DNA of 64,000 bases, taken from Trueperaceae bacterium (GTDB lineage: Bacteria > Deinococcota > Deinococci > Deinococcales > Trueperaceae). The notes under the pieces were generated by a model. The model was not told the DNA's origin. It made no database searches and worked only from the letters and a program-made list of their open reading frames with translations. Location: positions 26,655 through 90,654 of the forward strand of contig DASSXV010000087.1 in NCBI GenBank assembly GCA_035703635.1, read 5' to 3'. Positions 9,917 to 22,037 of this stretch are shown here, one piece after another (the stretch's first letter is position 1; each line of letters begins with the position of its first letter). Position numbers and translations under genes: made by a program.

Positions 9917-9976
9917 GGCGCCAGGCGTTCCGGGTTCGGGCTCGGGCGCTTCGGGTGCCCGGTGTACCATCGCCCC

Positions 9977-10498
9977 ATGCAACGCCAAGACCTAGCCCGC
10001 ACCATCACCTCGCGCTCGCTCCTCCACGGCGAGTTCCTCCTCCGTTCGGGCGCGACGAGCAGCGAGTACTTCGACAAGTACATGTTCGAGTCAGACCCCA
10101 CGCTGCTGCGCGCCATCGCGGAGGCCATGGCCCCACTCGTGCCAGCCAACCTTGACGCGCTCGCTGGCCTCGAACTCGGCGGCGTGCCGCTGGCCGTGAT
10201 GCTCTCGCAGGTCACCGGCATACCCAGCCTGTTCGTGAGGAAGAAGGCGAAGGAGTACGGCACGCGGCGCTTCGCAGAGGGCGGCGACGTCGCTGGCAAG
10301 AGGATCCTCGTCGTCGAGGACGTGGTCACGTCAGGCGGTCAGGTCGTGCTGTCGACCCGCGACCTGCGTGAAGCCGGCGCAGTCGTCGAACAGGCCGTGT
10401 GCGTCATCGACCGTCAAGCTGGCGGGGTCGAGGCCCTCGCCGCCGCCGGCGTCAAGCTCTCTGCGCTCTTCACGATGACCGAGCTCAAGGCCGCCTGA
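9977..10498 (+). CDS. pyrE: Orotate phosphoribosyltransferase
   Basis: FLLRSGATSSEYFDK, VRKKAKEYG and VVEDVVTSG (PRPP-binding) motifs. Confidence 0.92.
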   Translation: MQRQDLARTITSRSLLHGEFLLRSGATSSEYFDKYMFESDPTLLRAIAEAMAPLVPANLDALAGLELGGVPLAVMLSQVTGIPSLFVRKKAKEYGTRRFAEGGDVAGKRILVVEDVVTSGGQVVLSTRDLREAGAVVEQAVCVIDRQAGGVEALAAAGVKLSALFTMTELKAA

Positions 10499-10519
10499 GC
10501 GCCTGCACTAGACTGTGGC

Positions 10520-10876
10520 ATGACCCAAGACACGCTCTTCGCCAAGATCGTGCGGCGCGAGATCCCTGCCGATATCGTCTACCAGGACGACCTGGTGACG
10601 GCCTTCCGCGACCTCCACCCACAGGCCCCCGTTCACATACTGATCGTGCCTAACGCCATCGTGCCAACGGCTGACGATGTCGAACCGGAGCACGAGGCGG
10701 CGCTAGGGCGCATGTTCACCGTCGCGCGCAAGGTGGCCGAACAAGAAGGCCTCACCCACGGCTACCGCCTGATAGTCAACTGCAAAGAGCACGCTCACCA
10801 GGAAGTCTTCCACCTGCACATGCACCTGTTGGGCGGGCGGCCGCTAGGACCGCTCCTCGATCACAGTCACCGCTAG
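10520..10876 (+). CDS. HIT family nucleotide-binding protein (HinT-like)
   Basis: HLHMHLLGG histidine triad; [11 protein letters not shown]. Confidence 0.92.
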   Translation: MTQDTLFAKIVRREIPADIVYQDDLVTAFRDLHPQAPVHILIVPNAIVPTADDVEPEHEAALGRMFTVARKVAEQEGLTHGYRLIVNCKEHAHQEVFHLHMHLLGGRPLGPLLDHSHR

Positions 10877-10894
10877 CGCGCGAGCGGGGCGGCC

Positions 10895-12448
10895 TCAGCC
10901 GTGGTACTCGCCCCACGCTTCGCGCAGCACGCCGCACACCTCGCCAAGGGTAGCGTGGCGCGCCAAGGCGGCCTGCACGAGCACGAACAAGGTGGTTCCG
11001 CCTGGCGCCCCGCCGCCCTCCCCCTCCGCCCCGCGCCGTAAGGCAAGGAGCGAGTCGGAGACGCTCACTCCGTCACGCGCTGCGCGGAACGCGGCCAGGT
11101 CGGCCGTGCGCCTGCGCTCGAGTTCCGGGTCGATTACTTGAATGGGCACGTCTGCCCCGCCCGCCTCAGCGAAGCGGTTGACGCCGACCACTACGCGCTC
11201 GCCTGACTCGATGGCCTGCTGGAAGCGGTAGGCGGACTCCTCGATCTCACGCTGAACGAAGCCTGCCTCGATGGCCTGCACCGCCCCGCCGAGGTCCTCT
11301 ACCTGCCCCATGAGCGCGAGGGCCTCGGCCTCGAGCTCGTCGCACAGCTGCTCGATGTAGTAGCTGCCTGCGAGCGGGTCGATGGCGTCAGGCACGCCCG
11401 TCTCGTAAGCCAGGATCTGCTGCGTGCGCAGCGCCAGGCTCGCGCTCTCTGGCGTCGGCAGTCCAAGGGCCTCGTCGAGGGCGTTCGTGTGCAGGCTCTG
11501 CGTGCCCCCGAGCACGGCGGCCAGCGCTTGGTAAGCGGTGCGCACGACGTTGTTGTTCGGCTGTTGCGCCGTGAGGGTGCTGCCGCCAGTCTGGGTGTGG
11601 AAGCGCAGCATCTGCGACTTGGGCTCCTTGGCGCCGAACTCGTCTCGCATGAGGCGCGCCCACATGCGCCGCGCAACGCGGAACTTCGCCACCTCCTCGA
11701 GGAGGCGGTTGTGGCAGGCGAAGAAGAACGACAACCGCGGTGCGAACTCGTCAACCGCCAGGCCAGCGTCGCGCGCGGCGCGCACGTACGCGCGCGCGTT
11801 CGAGAGGGTGAAGGCTAGTTCCTGAGCGGCCGTGGCTCCCGCCTCGCGGATGTGATAACCGGAGATGCTGATGGTGTTGAAGTTAGGGAGTTCGCGCGCG
11901 CAATGCGCGAACATGTCCGTAACAAGGCGCATGCTCGGGCCAGCCGGGAAGATGTAAGTGCCGCGCGCAACGTACTCCTTGAGGATGTCGTTCTGAACGG
12001 TGCCGCCGAGGCGCGACGGCGCAACGCCCTGCTCCTCACCCACTAGGACGTAGAGGGCGAGGAGCATCATGGCTGGCGCGTTGATGGTCATGGAGGTCGT
12101 GACTTGGTCAAGAGGGATGCCCGCGAACAGCTCGCGCATGTCGTCGATGGTCGCGATGCTCACCCCAACGCGCCCAACTTCGCCCTTGGCCAGGGGGTCG
12201 TCTGGGTCGAGGCCAAGTTGCGTCGGTAAGTCGAACGCCACGGACAACCCCGTCACGCCCTGGCTCAACAGGTAGCGGTAGCGCTCGTTCGACTCCCGCG
12301 CCGAGCCGAAGCCGGCGTACTGGCGCATGGTCCAGAGCTTGCCGCCCGAGTACATCGCCGGATAAACGCCGCGGGTGAACGGGAACTCGCCTGGCCGACC
12401 GAGGCGCTCAGTGAGGCGCGGCGGCGGAGCGTCGTAGATAGGCTCCAT
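10895..12448 (-). CDS. Methylmalonyl-CoA mutase family, substrate-binding (large) subunit without B12-binding domain
   Basis: [27 protein letters not shown] and [11 protein letters not shown] motifs. Confidence 0.92.
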   Translation of the reverse strand: MEPIYDAPPPRLTERLGRPGEFPFTRGVYPAMYSGGKLWTMRQYAGFGSARESNERYRYLLSQGVTGLSVAFDLPTQLGLDPDDPLAKGEVGRVGVSIATIDDMRELFAGIPLDQVTTSMTINAPAMMLLALYVLVGEEQGVAPSRLGGTVQNDILKEYVARGTYIFPAGPSMRLVTDMFAHCARELPNFNTISISGYHIREAGATAAQELAFTLSNARAYVRAARDAGLAVDEFAPRLSFFFACHNRLLEEVAKFRVARRMWARLMRDEFGAKEPKSQMLRFHTQTGGSTLTAQQPNNNVVRTAYQALAAVLGGTQSLHTNALDEALGLPTPESASLALRTQQILAYETGVPDAIDPLAGSYYIEQLCDELEAEALALMGQVEDLGGAVQAIEAGFVQREIEESAYRFQQAIESGERVVVGVNRFAEAGGADVPIQVIDPELERRRTADLAAFRAARDGVSVSDSLLALRRGAEGEGGGAPGGTTLFVLVQAALARHATLGEVCGVLREAWGEYHG

Positions 12449-12516
12449 TGGCCAATCATACGTGCGGGGCGCGCTCAGGCCGCCGCGTGTGGCGTCGAGG
12501 GGGTAGCCTAGACCGT

Positions 12517-13476
12517 ATGGACAGCACCAAGATGACCTATCGCAGGGTTGGCAACAGTGGCCTCAAGGTGAGCAGCGTCAGCCTCGGAGGTTGGACGACC
12601 TTCGGTCAGACCGTGGAGGAGCAGAACACGGTGCGGCGCATCATCGACCGCGCCCTAGAACTAGGGGTCAACTTCTTCGACACCGCCGACGTTTACGCGA
12701 AGGGCAAGTGCGAGGAGATGATGGGCGAAGCGCTCGGCGAGGCCGGCCAGCGTCACCACCTCGTCGTGAGCAGCAAGGTCTACTGGCCGATGTCCGACAA
12801 CGTGAACGACCGCGGCCTCAGCCGCAAGCACATCCTCGAGTCGATCGATAACTCGCTAGATCGCCTTGGCTTCGACTACCTCGACATCTACTTCTCTCAC
12901 CGTTACGACCATGAGACGCCACTCGAGGAGACCGTCGAGGCATTCTCCGACGTCGTTCGTTCAGGCCGCGCTCACTACTGGGGCACGAGTATGTGGACGG
13001 CGGCGCAGATCACGGAGGCCGTCACTTACGCCAAATCGAACGGGCTCGTTGCGCCCATCGTCGAGCAACCCGAGTACTCCATGCTGCGCAGCGAACGCGT
13101 CGAGACCGAGATTATGCCGGTAACGAAGGCGAAGGGCGTTGGCCTGGTCGCCTTCAGCCCTCTCGCGCAAGGCATGTTGACCGGCAAGTACGACGCCGGC
13201 GTCCCTAGCGATTCGCGCTTCGCGCACTTCGAGACGTTCAAGGAGCGCTTTCTCACCGAGGAGAACGTCGCCCGCGTGCGTGCGCTCAAGGAGATAGCCG
13301 ACGACTTGGGCGTCACTCGCAGCCAGCTCGCACTGGCTTGGGTGCTGCGCAACGCGAACGTTTCCTCCGTCATCACGGGAGCGACGCGCGTCGCGCAGCT
13401 CGAGGAGAACGTTGGCGCGGCGACGGTAACCCTCGACGAAGAACTGCTCGGCCGCATCGAGAAGGCGCTCGGCTAG
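12517..13476 (+). CDS. Aldo/keto reductase (Kv-beta/Tas-like)
   Basis: [20 protein letters not shown] and GLSRKHI motifs. Confidence 0.9.
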   Translation: MDSTKMTYRRVGNSGLKVSSVSLGGWTTFGQTVEEQNTVRRIIDRALELGVNFFDTADVYAKGKCEEMMGEALGEAGQRHHLVVSSKVYWPMSDNVNDRGLSRKHILESIDNSLDRLGFDYLDIYFSHRYDHETPLEETVEAFSDVVRSGRAHYWGTSMWTAAQITEAVTYAKSNGLVAPIVEQPEYSMLRSERVETEIMPVTKAKGVGLVAFSPLAQGMLTGKYDAGVPSDSRFAHFETFKERFLTEENVARVRALKEIADDLGVTRSQLALAWVLRNANVSSVITGATRVAQLEENVGAATVTLDEELLGRIEKALG

Positions 13477-13506
13477 GCGGCCCCTGACCGTGTTCGCGGC
13501 GGCGTC

Positions 13507-15018
13507 GTGAAGCTTTACCGCGCAGCCGAGCTGCGAGCGGCCGACAGCGCGGCCGCGGCTGCTGGCATCAGTACCTGGCGCCTCATGGAAGCCGCCGGCG
13601 GCGCCGTTGCCCGGCTCGTGGCGGCGCGTTACCCGGACGCCGGGCGCGCCACGGTGCTGTGCGGGAAGGGCAACAACGGTGGCGACGGTTACGTCTGCGC
13701 TCGCCAACTAGCCGCGAGCGGGTGGGACGTGAAGGTGCTCGAGCTGACGGCAGAGCCCGGAACGCCCGACGCGCGCCGCGCACGCGCCGATCTCGTTGGC
13801 GCCGGATCGGCTGCGCCGCTCGACGCCGGCACCAACCTCGGCGAGGCCGGGGTGATCGTCGACGCCCTCTTCGGTAGTGGCCTCAACCGCCCGGTGGAAG
13901 GGTGGTTAGGCGAGCTGCTCGCGCGCCTCCACGAGCATGACGCTCCCGTCGTGGCCGTCGACGTGCCCAGCGGAGTGCCAAGCGACGTCCCACAACTGTT
14001 CGGCCCCCACGTGAGGGCCACGCTGACGGTCGAACTGGCCGGACACAAGGTCGCGGGCGCCTTCTACCCGACGCGGGCCGCTTACGGGGAACGCGTCCTC
14101 GCGCCGATCGGCATTCCGCCTGCCGTGCTGGCCGAATGCGGCACGGTGCAGGTCGTCACGGGTGAGGAGGTGGCGGCCTGGTTACCGCGGCGCGCGCCTG
14201 ACGCGCACAAGTACTCGGCGGGCACGGTGACCGTGGTGGGCGGTTCGGCGCGCTACTCAGGCGCCGCAGAACTCGCTAGCCGCGGCGCGTGGCGCGCGGG
14301 CGCCGGGCTGGTGACCATCATCGGACCCACCCGCCACCCCGCAGCGTGGCCGGAGACGATCTTCGAACTCTGGACTCCGTCGGAGGGCAGCGCCGCCCAG
14401 TTGCGCGGCGCGTTCGTGCCCAAGCGCGCCGCCGCGACCGTCATCGGGCCCGGGCTCGACGAGCGCGCGCTCGCGTACTTGCCTGAACTCCTCCGTTTGG
14501 CCCCCGGCCCGGTCGTCATCGACGCGGCCGCTCTCACCCCACGCGTGTGGCCGCGGGCGGAACGCTCGGCGTTGCGCACCAAGGGCGGGGCCACCATGAC
14601 TCCGCATGCGGGGGAGGCGGCCCAACTCTTGGGTACCACCGCGGCGGCGGTTACCGGAGACCCGCTTGGGGCGGCGGCGGCGTTGGCGGCCGAGTTCGGG
14701 GCCGTCGTCGTGCTCAAGGGGCCGACAACTGTCGTCGCGGCGCCAGACGGACGCGCCGCCATCTCGGAACGTGGCCACCCAGGCATGGCGAGCGGCGGAA
14801 CGGGCGACGTGCTCGCCGGAGTGCTCGGGGCGCTCCTCGCGCCCGCTGGCGGCGGCGAAGAGCAGTTCACGCGCGTCTGCGCCGGCGTGTGGCTACACGG
14901 GGTGGCGGGCGAGCTGGCGGCGACCACGGCCGGGCTTGGCCTCGTCGCCAGCGACTTGGCGGCGGCGTTACCACTGGCGGCCGCCAGGGCCGCTGCCACT
15001 GACATGGCGTCCGAGTAG
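13507..15018 (+). CDS. nnr: Bifunctional NAD(P)H-hydrate epimerase/dehydratase
   Basis: GKGNNGGDG, DALFGSG, TPHAGEA and GGTGDVLAG motifs. Confidence 0.92.
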   Translation: MKLYRAAELRAADSAAAAAGISTWRLMEAAGGAVARLVAARYPDAGRATVLCGKGNNGGDGYVCARQLAASGWDVKVLELTAEPGTPDARRARADLVGAGSAAPLDAGTNLGEAGVIVDALFGSGLNRPVEGWLGELLARLHEHDAPVVAVDVPSGVPSDVPQLFGPHVRATLTVELAGHKVAGAFYPTRAAYGERVLAPIGIPPAVLAECGTVQVVTGEEVAAWLPRRAPDAHKYSAGTVTVVGGSARYSGAAELASRGAWRAGAGLVTIIGPTRHPAAWPETIFELWTPSEGSAAQLRGAFVPKRAAATVIGPGLDERALAYLPELLRLAPGPVVIDAAALTPRVWPRAERSALRTKGGATMTPHAGEAAQLLGTTAAAVTGDPLGAAAALAAEFGAVVVLKGPTTVVAAPDGRAAISERGHPGMASGGTGDVLAGVLGALLAPAGGGEEQFTRVCAGVWLHGVAGELAATTAGLGLVASDLAAALPLAAARAAATDMASE

Positions 15019-15062
15019 GCGGCAGACGCAGCGCCAATCGGCCGGATGGTAGCGTGCCACAC

Positions 15063-15947
15063 ATGTTCCGCGCACGCGTTCCGGCCAGCAGCGCCAACCT
15101 CGGGCCGGGTTTCGACGCCCTCGGGCTCGCCCTCGACCTTCAACTCGAAGTCACGTTAGAAGAAGCCGCTAGCGATTCGTTCAGTTACCGCGGCCGCGAT
15201 AGCGTGCCAGAGACACCAGACAACCTCGTGCACCGCGGCTTCCGCGCCGCCTACCAACGATTAGGACTGACTGCCCCGACGGTAGCGCTAAGCGTCGTGA
15301 ACCCCATCCCACTCGCGCGCGGTCTCGGCTCATCGTCCGCTGCGCTAGTCGCCGGCGCGGCCCTCGCCGACGCCATGACGAACGGTGCGCTTGGCAGGCG
15401 CGGCGTTTTCGAGCTCACTGCCGCCCTCGAAGGTCACCCCGACAACGTCGGGCCTTGCGTGTTCGGCGGCTTTACCGTTGCGGCAAGTGACGAGACGGGC
15501 GCCTTCCTCGAGGCCGCCCTGCCCGTGCCCGCCGGTTGGCGCTTCCTGTTCGGCGTGCCAGCCTTCGAGCTGTCTACGGCGGAAGCGCGGGCCGCATTGC
15601 CAGACAGTTACAGCCGCCGCGACGTCGTCCTGACCGCCTCTCGCGCGGCCCTGTGGGTGGCGGCCGTTGCCCTCGAGCGTCCGGAACTGCTGCGCACGGC
15701 AGCCCTCGACGTCATTCACCAACCGTACAGGGCAAGCCTCGTCCCAGGGTTCACCGCGGCCATCACGGCGTTGCGTGAGGCCGGCGCTTACGCTGCCTTC
15801 CTCTCCGGCGCTGGTCCGACGGTTGGGGCGGTCGTCGACGCCGCTGTGCTGCCGTCCTGCCGCGCCAACCTCGAGGCGTTCGTTGGGGCGGGTGGCGAGG
15901 TGCTCGAGCTAGGCGCCGCGGCCGGTTACGTAACGGAGCGTTACTGA
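15063..15947 (+). CDS. thrB: Homoserine kinase
   Basis: PASSANLGPGFD, PLARGLGSSSAA, EGHPDN and LSGAGPT motifs. Confidence 0.95.
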   Translation: MFRARVPASSANLGPGFDALGLALDLQLEVTLEEAASDSFSYRGRDSVPETPDNLVHRGFRAAYQRLGLTAPTVALSVVNPIPLARGLGSSSAALVAGAALADAMTNGALGRRGVFELTAALEGHPDNVGPCVFGGFTVAASDETGAFLEAALPVPAGWRFLFGVPAFELSTAEARAALPDSYSRRDVVLTASRAALWVAAVALERPELLRTAALDVIHQPYRASLVPGFTAAITALREAGAYAAFLSGAGPTVGAVVDAAVLPSCRANLEAFVGAGGEVLELGAAAGYVTERY

Positions 15948-16957
15948 TGCCCGGCCCCGCCGAGTCCAAGGGCGGCGCCCCCCTCGTCCTCGGCATCGAC
16001 ACCTCGTGCGACGACACCGGCGTTGGGGTGGCAAGAGGCCCAGTTGTCCTCGCGAACGTGGTCGAGTCGCAGACGGCGCTGCACGCGCGTTTCGGCGGCG
16101 TCATGCCGGAACTCGCGAGCCGCGAGCACCTCGAGGTGATCGCTGACGTCGCGCAGCGTGCCTTGGCCGAGGCAGGCGTGACACTGGCAGACTTAGGCGC
16201 GGTGGCGGCCACGCGCGGGCCAGGCCTCGTCGGCGCGCTCCTCGTTGGGCTCAGTTACGGCAAGGCCCTCGCTTGGGGCCTCGGGGTGCCGTTCGTACCC
16301 GTTCACCACCTAGAGGGGCACCTGGCGGCGGCAGGCGGCGCAGAGCCTCCGTTCATCGCGCTCCTAGCGTCCGGCGGGCACACGGCGCTGTTCGCTGTCC
16401 ACGCCTGGGGCCAGGTGGAGGAGCTCGGCCGCAGTCGTGACGACGCTGCTGGCGAGGCGTTCGACAAGGTGGCGCGGCTGCTCGACCTCGGTTATCCGGG
16501 TGGCGCGGCCCTAGCGCAGCTAGCCGCCACTGGCGACGACCAGGCACTATCTCTGCCGCAGCCGATGCAGGGCCACAAGGGGCTCGACTTCTCGTTCAGC
16601 GGCCTCAAGACGGCCGTTGCCCAGTTGCTTGAACGCCAACCAGACGCGCGGCCAGCAGACGTTGCCGCCAGCTTCGAACGCGTGGTGGTCACCTCGCTAG
16701 TCAACGGCGCGGCGCGCGCCCTCAGCCAGACGGGCATGCAGCGACTCGTCGTGGCAGGTGGCGTGGCGGCCAACGCTAGGTTGCGACGCGAGTTCGCGGC
16801 CGCGGGCATCGACGTTGCCTTCCCCCCGCCGGCGCTAGCCACCGATAACGGCGCGATGATCGCGCTGGCCGGTGGGCAGAGGCTAGCAAGTGGCCGCTTG
16901 CCGCCCGCGCCCTTCACCGCTGACGCGGAACCGTACCTGCCACTCGTTGGCGCCTAA
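15947..16957 (+). CDS. tsaD: tRNA N6-threonylcarbamoyladenosine transferase TsaD
   Basis: GIDTSCDDT, HHLEGH, DDAAGEAFDK and TDNGAMIA motifs. Confidence 0.95.
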   Translation: MPGPAESKGGAPLVLGIDTSCDDTGVGVARGPVVLANVVESQTALHARFGGVMPELASREHLEVIADVAQRALAEAGVTLADLGAVAATRGPGLVGALLVGLSYGKALAWGLGVPFVPVHHLEGHLAAAGGAEPPFIALLASGGHTALFAVHAWGQVEELGRSRDDAAGEAFDKVARLLDLGYPGGAALAQLAATGDDQALSLPQPMQGHKGLDFSFSGLKTAVAQLLERQPDARPADVAASFERVVVTSLVNGAARALSQTGMQRLVVAGGVAANARLRREFAAAGIDVAFPPPALATDNGAMIALAGGQRLASGRLPPAPFTADAEPYLPLVGA

Positions 16958-17514
16958 CGCACGCTGCCCCACAGGCCAGCCAAGTACATCTCCTGGGTGA
17001 CTATCCCCTGCACCTGATTGCCGTCTAGCACGACGACGAGTTGCTCGTGCGCCAGGAGTCGCCGCAGGTCGGTGACGGCCATGTCAGCCTCGACCTTCAC
17101 GAGTTCCTCCCATGAGGTAATGCGGTCGTGGTGGAGGCCCGTAACGCCGACAGGCACGCCGCCGTCCTGCACGATGACGATGCGGTTAGCCATCATCGTC
17201 TGCGCCACTTGAGCGGCGTCGACCACCGGCACTTTGGCGGCCGCGCGGCCCGTCGTTGGCGGCAAGAGCAACCCGAAGCTGAGGAGCGTGGGGCTCGGCA
17301 GGCGCAGGGCGCTGCGCACGTAGATGAGCGCGCCAGAGTAGGCGAGCAGGAAGACGATGCCTTCGAGGATGCCGGCAGCGTTGAAGTCGCCGAAACCGAG
17401 GCGACCGCCGCGGCCCAGTGCCCAGAAGAGTAGCAGTGCGATGAGGAGTGCGAAGGCGGCTGCAGCTGAAGCGCCTAGCAAGGCAGCTACGCGGAGCTGG
17501 GCTGGTCGTCTCAC
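16954..17514 (-). CDS. Hypothetical membrane protein with degenerate CBS-like C-terminus
   Basis: Two N-terminal TM segments; 'IVIVQDGGVPVGV' and 'VVVLDGNQVQGIVT' CBS-like strands; 4-nt overlap with the upstream gene. Confidence 0.55.
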   Translation of the reverse strand: MRRPAQLRVAALLGASAAAAFALLIALLLFWALGRGGRLGFGDFNAAGILEGIVFLLAYSGALIYVRSALRLPSPTLLSFGLLLPPTTGRAAAKVPVVDAAQVAQTMMANRIVIVQDGGVPVGVTGLHHDRITSWEELVKVEADMAVTDLRRLLAHEQLVVVLDGNQVQGIVTQEMYLAGLWGSVR

Positions 17515-18323
17515 GGGTCCCTCCTGAGGGCAAGTACCGGCATCTCGGGCGAGATCGTGCCCGGCAAGTGAGCGGGATCGTCGACGTCTGCTGCAACGCA
17601 GGCGTCCGACGTCGGCAAGGCGCGGGCGGGGGCGGCGAGAAGCGCGCTGACGCGGGCTTCGAGTCGGGCTATGCGCGCCTGGCCGCTAAGCAGCTGAAGG
17701 AGAGTGCCGAGCCCCACGATGTTGGCCAGGGCGAACGGGTTCTTGCGGCCACGGAAGAGCCGGTCGATGAACGGGAGCAGCGCTGGCACGACGTCGCGGC
17801 GCAGCAAGACGATGTTGCCCCCTGTGAAGCGCCCGTCCGCCAGGTTGGCGTAGGTGCGCTTCTGCTGCGGGAACTGGGCCGTGGCGTCCGCCTCGCTCAC
17901 CACCGGGTAGACGACTTGCGCCTTCCGCCCATCGGCGCCGACCAACTCGCTGGCAGCGCCGACGAAGCGCGCGACGGCCGCGCTCGTCAGCCACGGGATG
18001 TCAGCGGTAACGAGCAGCACGTCGTCCGTGGCGTCCGGCTCCGCCAAGGCGGCGCCGAGTCCGAGCGCCAACGAGTCGACCAACCTGTTACCAGCTGGTA
18101 CGTTCACGTCGTACAACCCCTCGAACTGGCCGTGAGTTTCCCCGACGAACACGACGCGGTCTATCACGCCAGACTCACGTAGCGCGGCGAGGACGTACTC
18201 GCCGAGCGCCCTGCCACCGAGTGGCACTAGTGCCTTGCTTGGCACGCCGAGCGTCCGCGCCAGGCGGTCGCTACTGCCGCCACCTGCGAGCACGATGGCG
18301 ACCCGCTTGCCTGGTTCTTGCAT
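17511..18323 (-). CDS. MobA-like NTP transferase / nucleotidyltransferase family protein
   Basis: AIVLAGGG, KALVPLGG, TADIP and ADVDDP motifs. Confidence 0.8.
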   Translation of the reverse strand: MQEPGKRVAIVLAGGGSSDRLARTLGVPSKALVPLGGRALGEYVLAALRESGVIDRVVFVGETHGQFEGLYDVNVPAGNRLVDSLALGLGAALAEPDATDDVLLVTADIPWLTSAAVARFVGAASELVGADGRKAQVVYPVVSEADATAQFPQQKRTYANLADGRFTGGNIVLLRRDVVPALLPFIDRLFRGRKNPFALANIVGLGTLLQLLSGQARIARLEARVSALLAAPARALPTSDACVAADVDDPAHLPGTISPEMPVLALRRDP

Positions 18324-18405
18324 GGGCGGATTCTACCGCGCCGCCACGAACGTGGCCCGCCGCGCAGTTGCGCAGCGGGCCACGACGCTTACCTGCAGCT
18401 TGGCG

Positions 18406-19635
18406 TTAGAAGCGTGACTGGCGGACGTTCAGTTCCGCGTCGCGGCCAGCGCTGACGTTGAAGGTCGTCACGTAGGTGGCGTAGCCGGGGGCAACGACGA
18501 CGAGCTCGTGCCTGCCTGGCGCAACGTCGGTGACCTGCAGGCGGCCGCTGCCGTTGGGCAGCATGCCGACTTGGCGGCCGTCGATGAACACCACTGCGCC
18601 ACCGATGTTGCCTTGGATGGTCACGGAGGCGTTCTGAGCGCGGAGCTGGGCGTTGACGCTGCGGTTCTCACCACTGCGGGCGTCGAAGCTCACGGAAGTC
18701 GACTGGTAGCCGGCCAAGTCGAAGCGCGCCGTGTAGCTGCCAGCCTCGAAGCGGACCTGCCCTGTCGGCGTGGTGCCGACGTAGTTGCCGTTCACGTAAA
18801 CGTCCGCGCCGCTAGGGGAGCTGGTGAACGAGACGGTGCCCGCTCGCCGCTGTTGTGAGAGGCGGGCGCTGACGCTCTGCGTCTGGCCGGCGCGCACGTC
18901 GACCGTGGTGGTGAACGTGTCGTAACCGTCGCGCTCGATGCTCACGTTGTGCCGGCCGATGGCCGCGCCGAAGCTCAGTGGGGTGTAGCCGATGAAGGTC
19001 CCGTCAAGGTAGACGGACGCACGGCTAGGGTTGGACTGGAAGTCGATGTTGCCGAACTGCGGTTGGGACGGTTGGGTGCCGACGTTGTAAAGCACCGTGT
19101 CCGTGACCCAGTCGTTCTGCGTGACGGGGCGCACGACGATGGCGAAGCTCTGGATGAAACCCTGCTCGCCGATGGTGCTCTGCGCGAACAAGTCACCTTC
19201 GCGCTGGAAACGGGCGAGGGTGGACGTGTCGAGCTGCGACTTGCTGGCGATGGCGATGACCTTCGAGAGGCCGAGCGGCGGCGCGATGTTGAAGACGTAG
19301 CGTGCGCCAGCTGGTGGGAAGGTGCGGGTCTCGTTGGCGTTCACGTAGTTGGAGTTGTCGTAGCTGTTCGGGAAGATCTGGGTGATCTCGCCGTTAGGCC
19401 GCACATCGAAGACGTAGATCCACGAGGACGCGTCGGGGCGGACGCTGATCTTTATCTCCTCGCCGACCTGGTAGGTGGGCGTTCCTTGCCCTGATGTGTC
19501 GCGGTCCAACCAGACCTGCACCCCGAAGGATGGCGCTGGGTTGACGACGATTGCCTGAGGGCTCACTACGAAGCCTTGCGCGAATACCGTTGATGCTAGC
19601 CCGAGTAGCAGGATGGCTCCGAAGAGTCTCTTCAT
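18406..19635 (-). CDS. Exported DUF4384 + PEGA-repeat protein (S-layer-associated type)
   Basis: Signal peptide; 'YQVGEEI...WIYVFDV...GEITQIFPN' segment; three PEGA repeats (S.P.GA.VY.DG...G.TP). Confidence 0.8.
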   Translation of the reverse strand: MKRLFGAILLLGLASTVFAQGFVVSPQAIVVNPAPSFGVQVWLDRDTSGQGTPTYQVGEEIKISVRPDASSWIYVFDVRPNGEITQIFPNSYDNSNYVNANETRTFPPAGARYVFNIAPPLGLSKVIAIASKSQLDTSTLARFQREGDLFAQSTIGEQGFIQSFAIVVRPVTQNDWVTDTVLYNVGTQPSQPQFGNIDFQSNPSRASVYLDGTFIGYTPLSFGAAIGRHNVSIERDGYDTFTTTVDVRAGQTQSVSARLSQQRRAGTVSFTSSPSGADVYVNGNYVGTTPTGQVRFEAGSYTARFDLAGYQSTSVSFDARSGENRSVNAQLRAQNASVTIQGNIGGAVVFIDGRQVGMLPNGSGRLQVTDVAPGRHELVVVAPGYATYVTTFNVSAGRDAELNVRQSRF

Positions 19636-19744
19636 GACCTGCCCCCTTTCTCGCTGAAGCCTAGCACCGTGCTCCTGACTGGCATGATGGGGGCCTTAAA
19701 GCCTTCTTCATGGAATGAGGGCCGCCTCCGGATAACATCGGCTC

Positions 19745-20485
19745 ATGCAGACACCCACTCGTGAACCCGCTTGGCGAGCCCGCTTCATGCGCCGCGCCGC
19801 TGCAATGGTGGCAGTTCTTGCGTTGGCGGCGTCGCCGGCGCTAGCGCAGGCCCTCGACGTCGACACCGTCTTGGCCAACGTAACGGCCGCGGCACGCGCA
19901 CTCAAGGACGCCTCGTTCCTGCTCACGGGCAAGCTAGTAGACACCGACGGCACTACCATCACCCTCGAGATCGAGATCGAGGTCGTCCCGCCGGAGAGCC
20001 TGGCGCGGGCGTACATCGTGCAGCCGGACGCCCTCGCGGACAACGAGATAGTCCTGGACGGCCCCGCCGTATACAACTACACGTTCCTGACGAACCAGGT
20101 GATGGTCTTCGACGCCGACGATCCGGACGCCCTCGGTGGGCTGTTACCCAAGGGCGAGGACGGTGCCAGCGCCGAGATCTCGCTCGACCTTGGCACCATC
20201 TTCGCGGGTTACGACGCCAGCCTCGACTCAGTTGAGAAGGGCGCGAACGGCGACGTCTACGTCGTGAAGTTCGCCAACAAGGACCCGAGTGCCCTGGTGC
20301 TCGACGTCACGGCGCGGATCGACGCCTCAGACTGGCTGCCGCGCCAACTGGTGTTCATGCAGGCCGACGGCCACGTGCTGGCGGAACTCAACGCCGAGAA
20401 CCTCGAGATCGACACTGGCCTCGACCCGGCCAAGGTGAGGCAACTCCCGGCGGACGCCGAAGTCATAGACAATCGCCACCGCTGA
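19745..20485 (+). CDS. LolA-like outer-membrane lipoprotein carrier/sorting protein
   Basis: Signal peptide; 'PDALADNEIVLDG..VYNY.FLTNQV' segment; C-terminal LPADAEVI. Confidence 0.7.
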   Translation: MQTPTREPAWRARFMRRAAAMVAVLALAASPALAQALDVDTVLANVTAAARALKDASFLLTGKLVDTDGTTITLEIEIEVVPPESLARAYIVQPDALADNEIVLDGPAVYNYTFLTNQVMVFDADDPDALGGLLPKGEDGASAEISLDLGTIFAGYDASLDSVEKGANGDVYVVKFANKDPSALVLDVTARIDASDWLPRQLVFMQADGHVLAELNAENLEIDTGLDPAKVRQLPADAEVIDNRHR

Positions 20486-20509
20486 CCGACCCCTGGGCCG
20501 GCCGCCGGC

Positions 20510-21892
<1,383 letters not shown>

Positions 21893-22037
21893 CGGTCTTG
21901 CCTCCATATGGACGCGGTGAGCGCTTGCGGCCACCGCGGGCTGCTCCCATGCTACCTACTACCGCCCAAGCGCCTCCCCCAGTGAGAACCGCGCGCGAGG
22001 AACCGCGCCTGCGCCCCCGCGACTCGGAAGCTTGGAG

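Noticed and set aside
8774-9988. 404-aa ORF as an N-terminally extended ABC ATPase
   Set aside because: The extension overlaps rpmB in another frame; the real ATPase starts at 9535.
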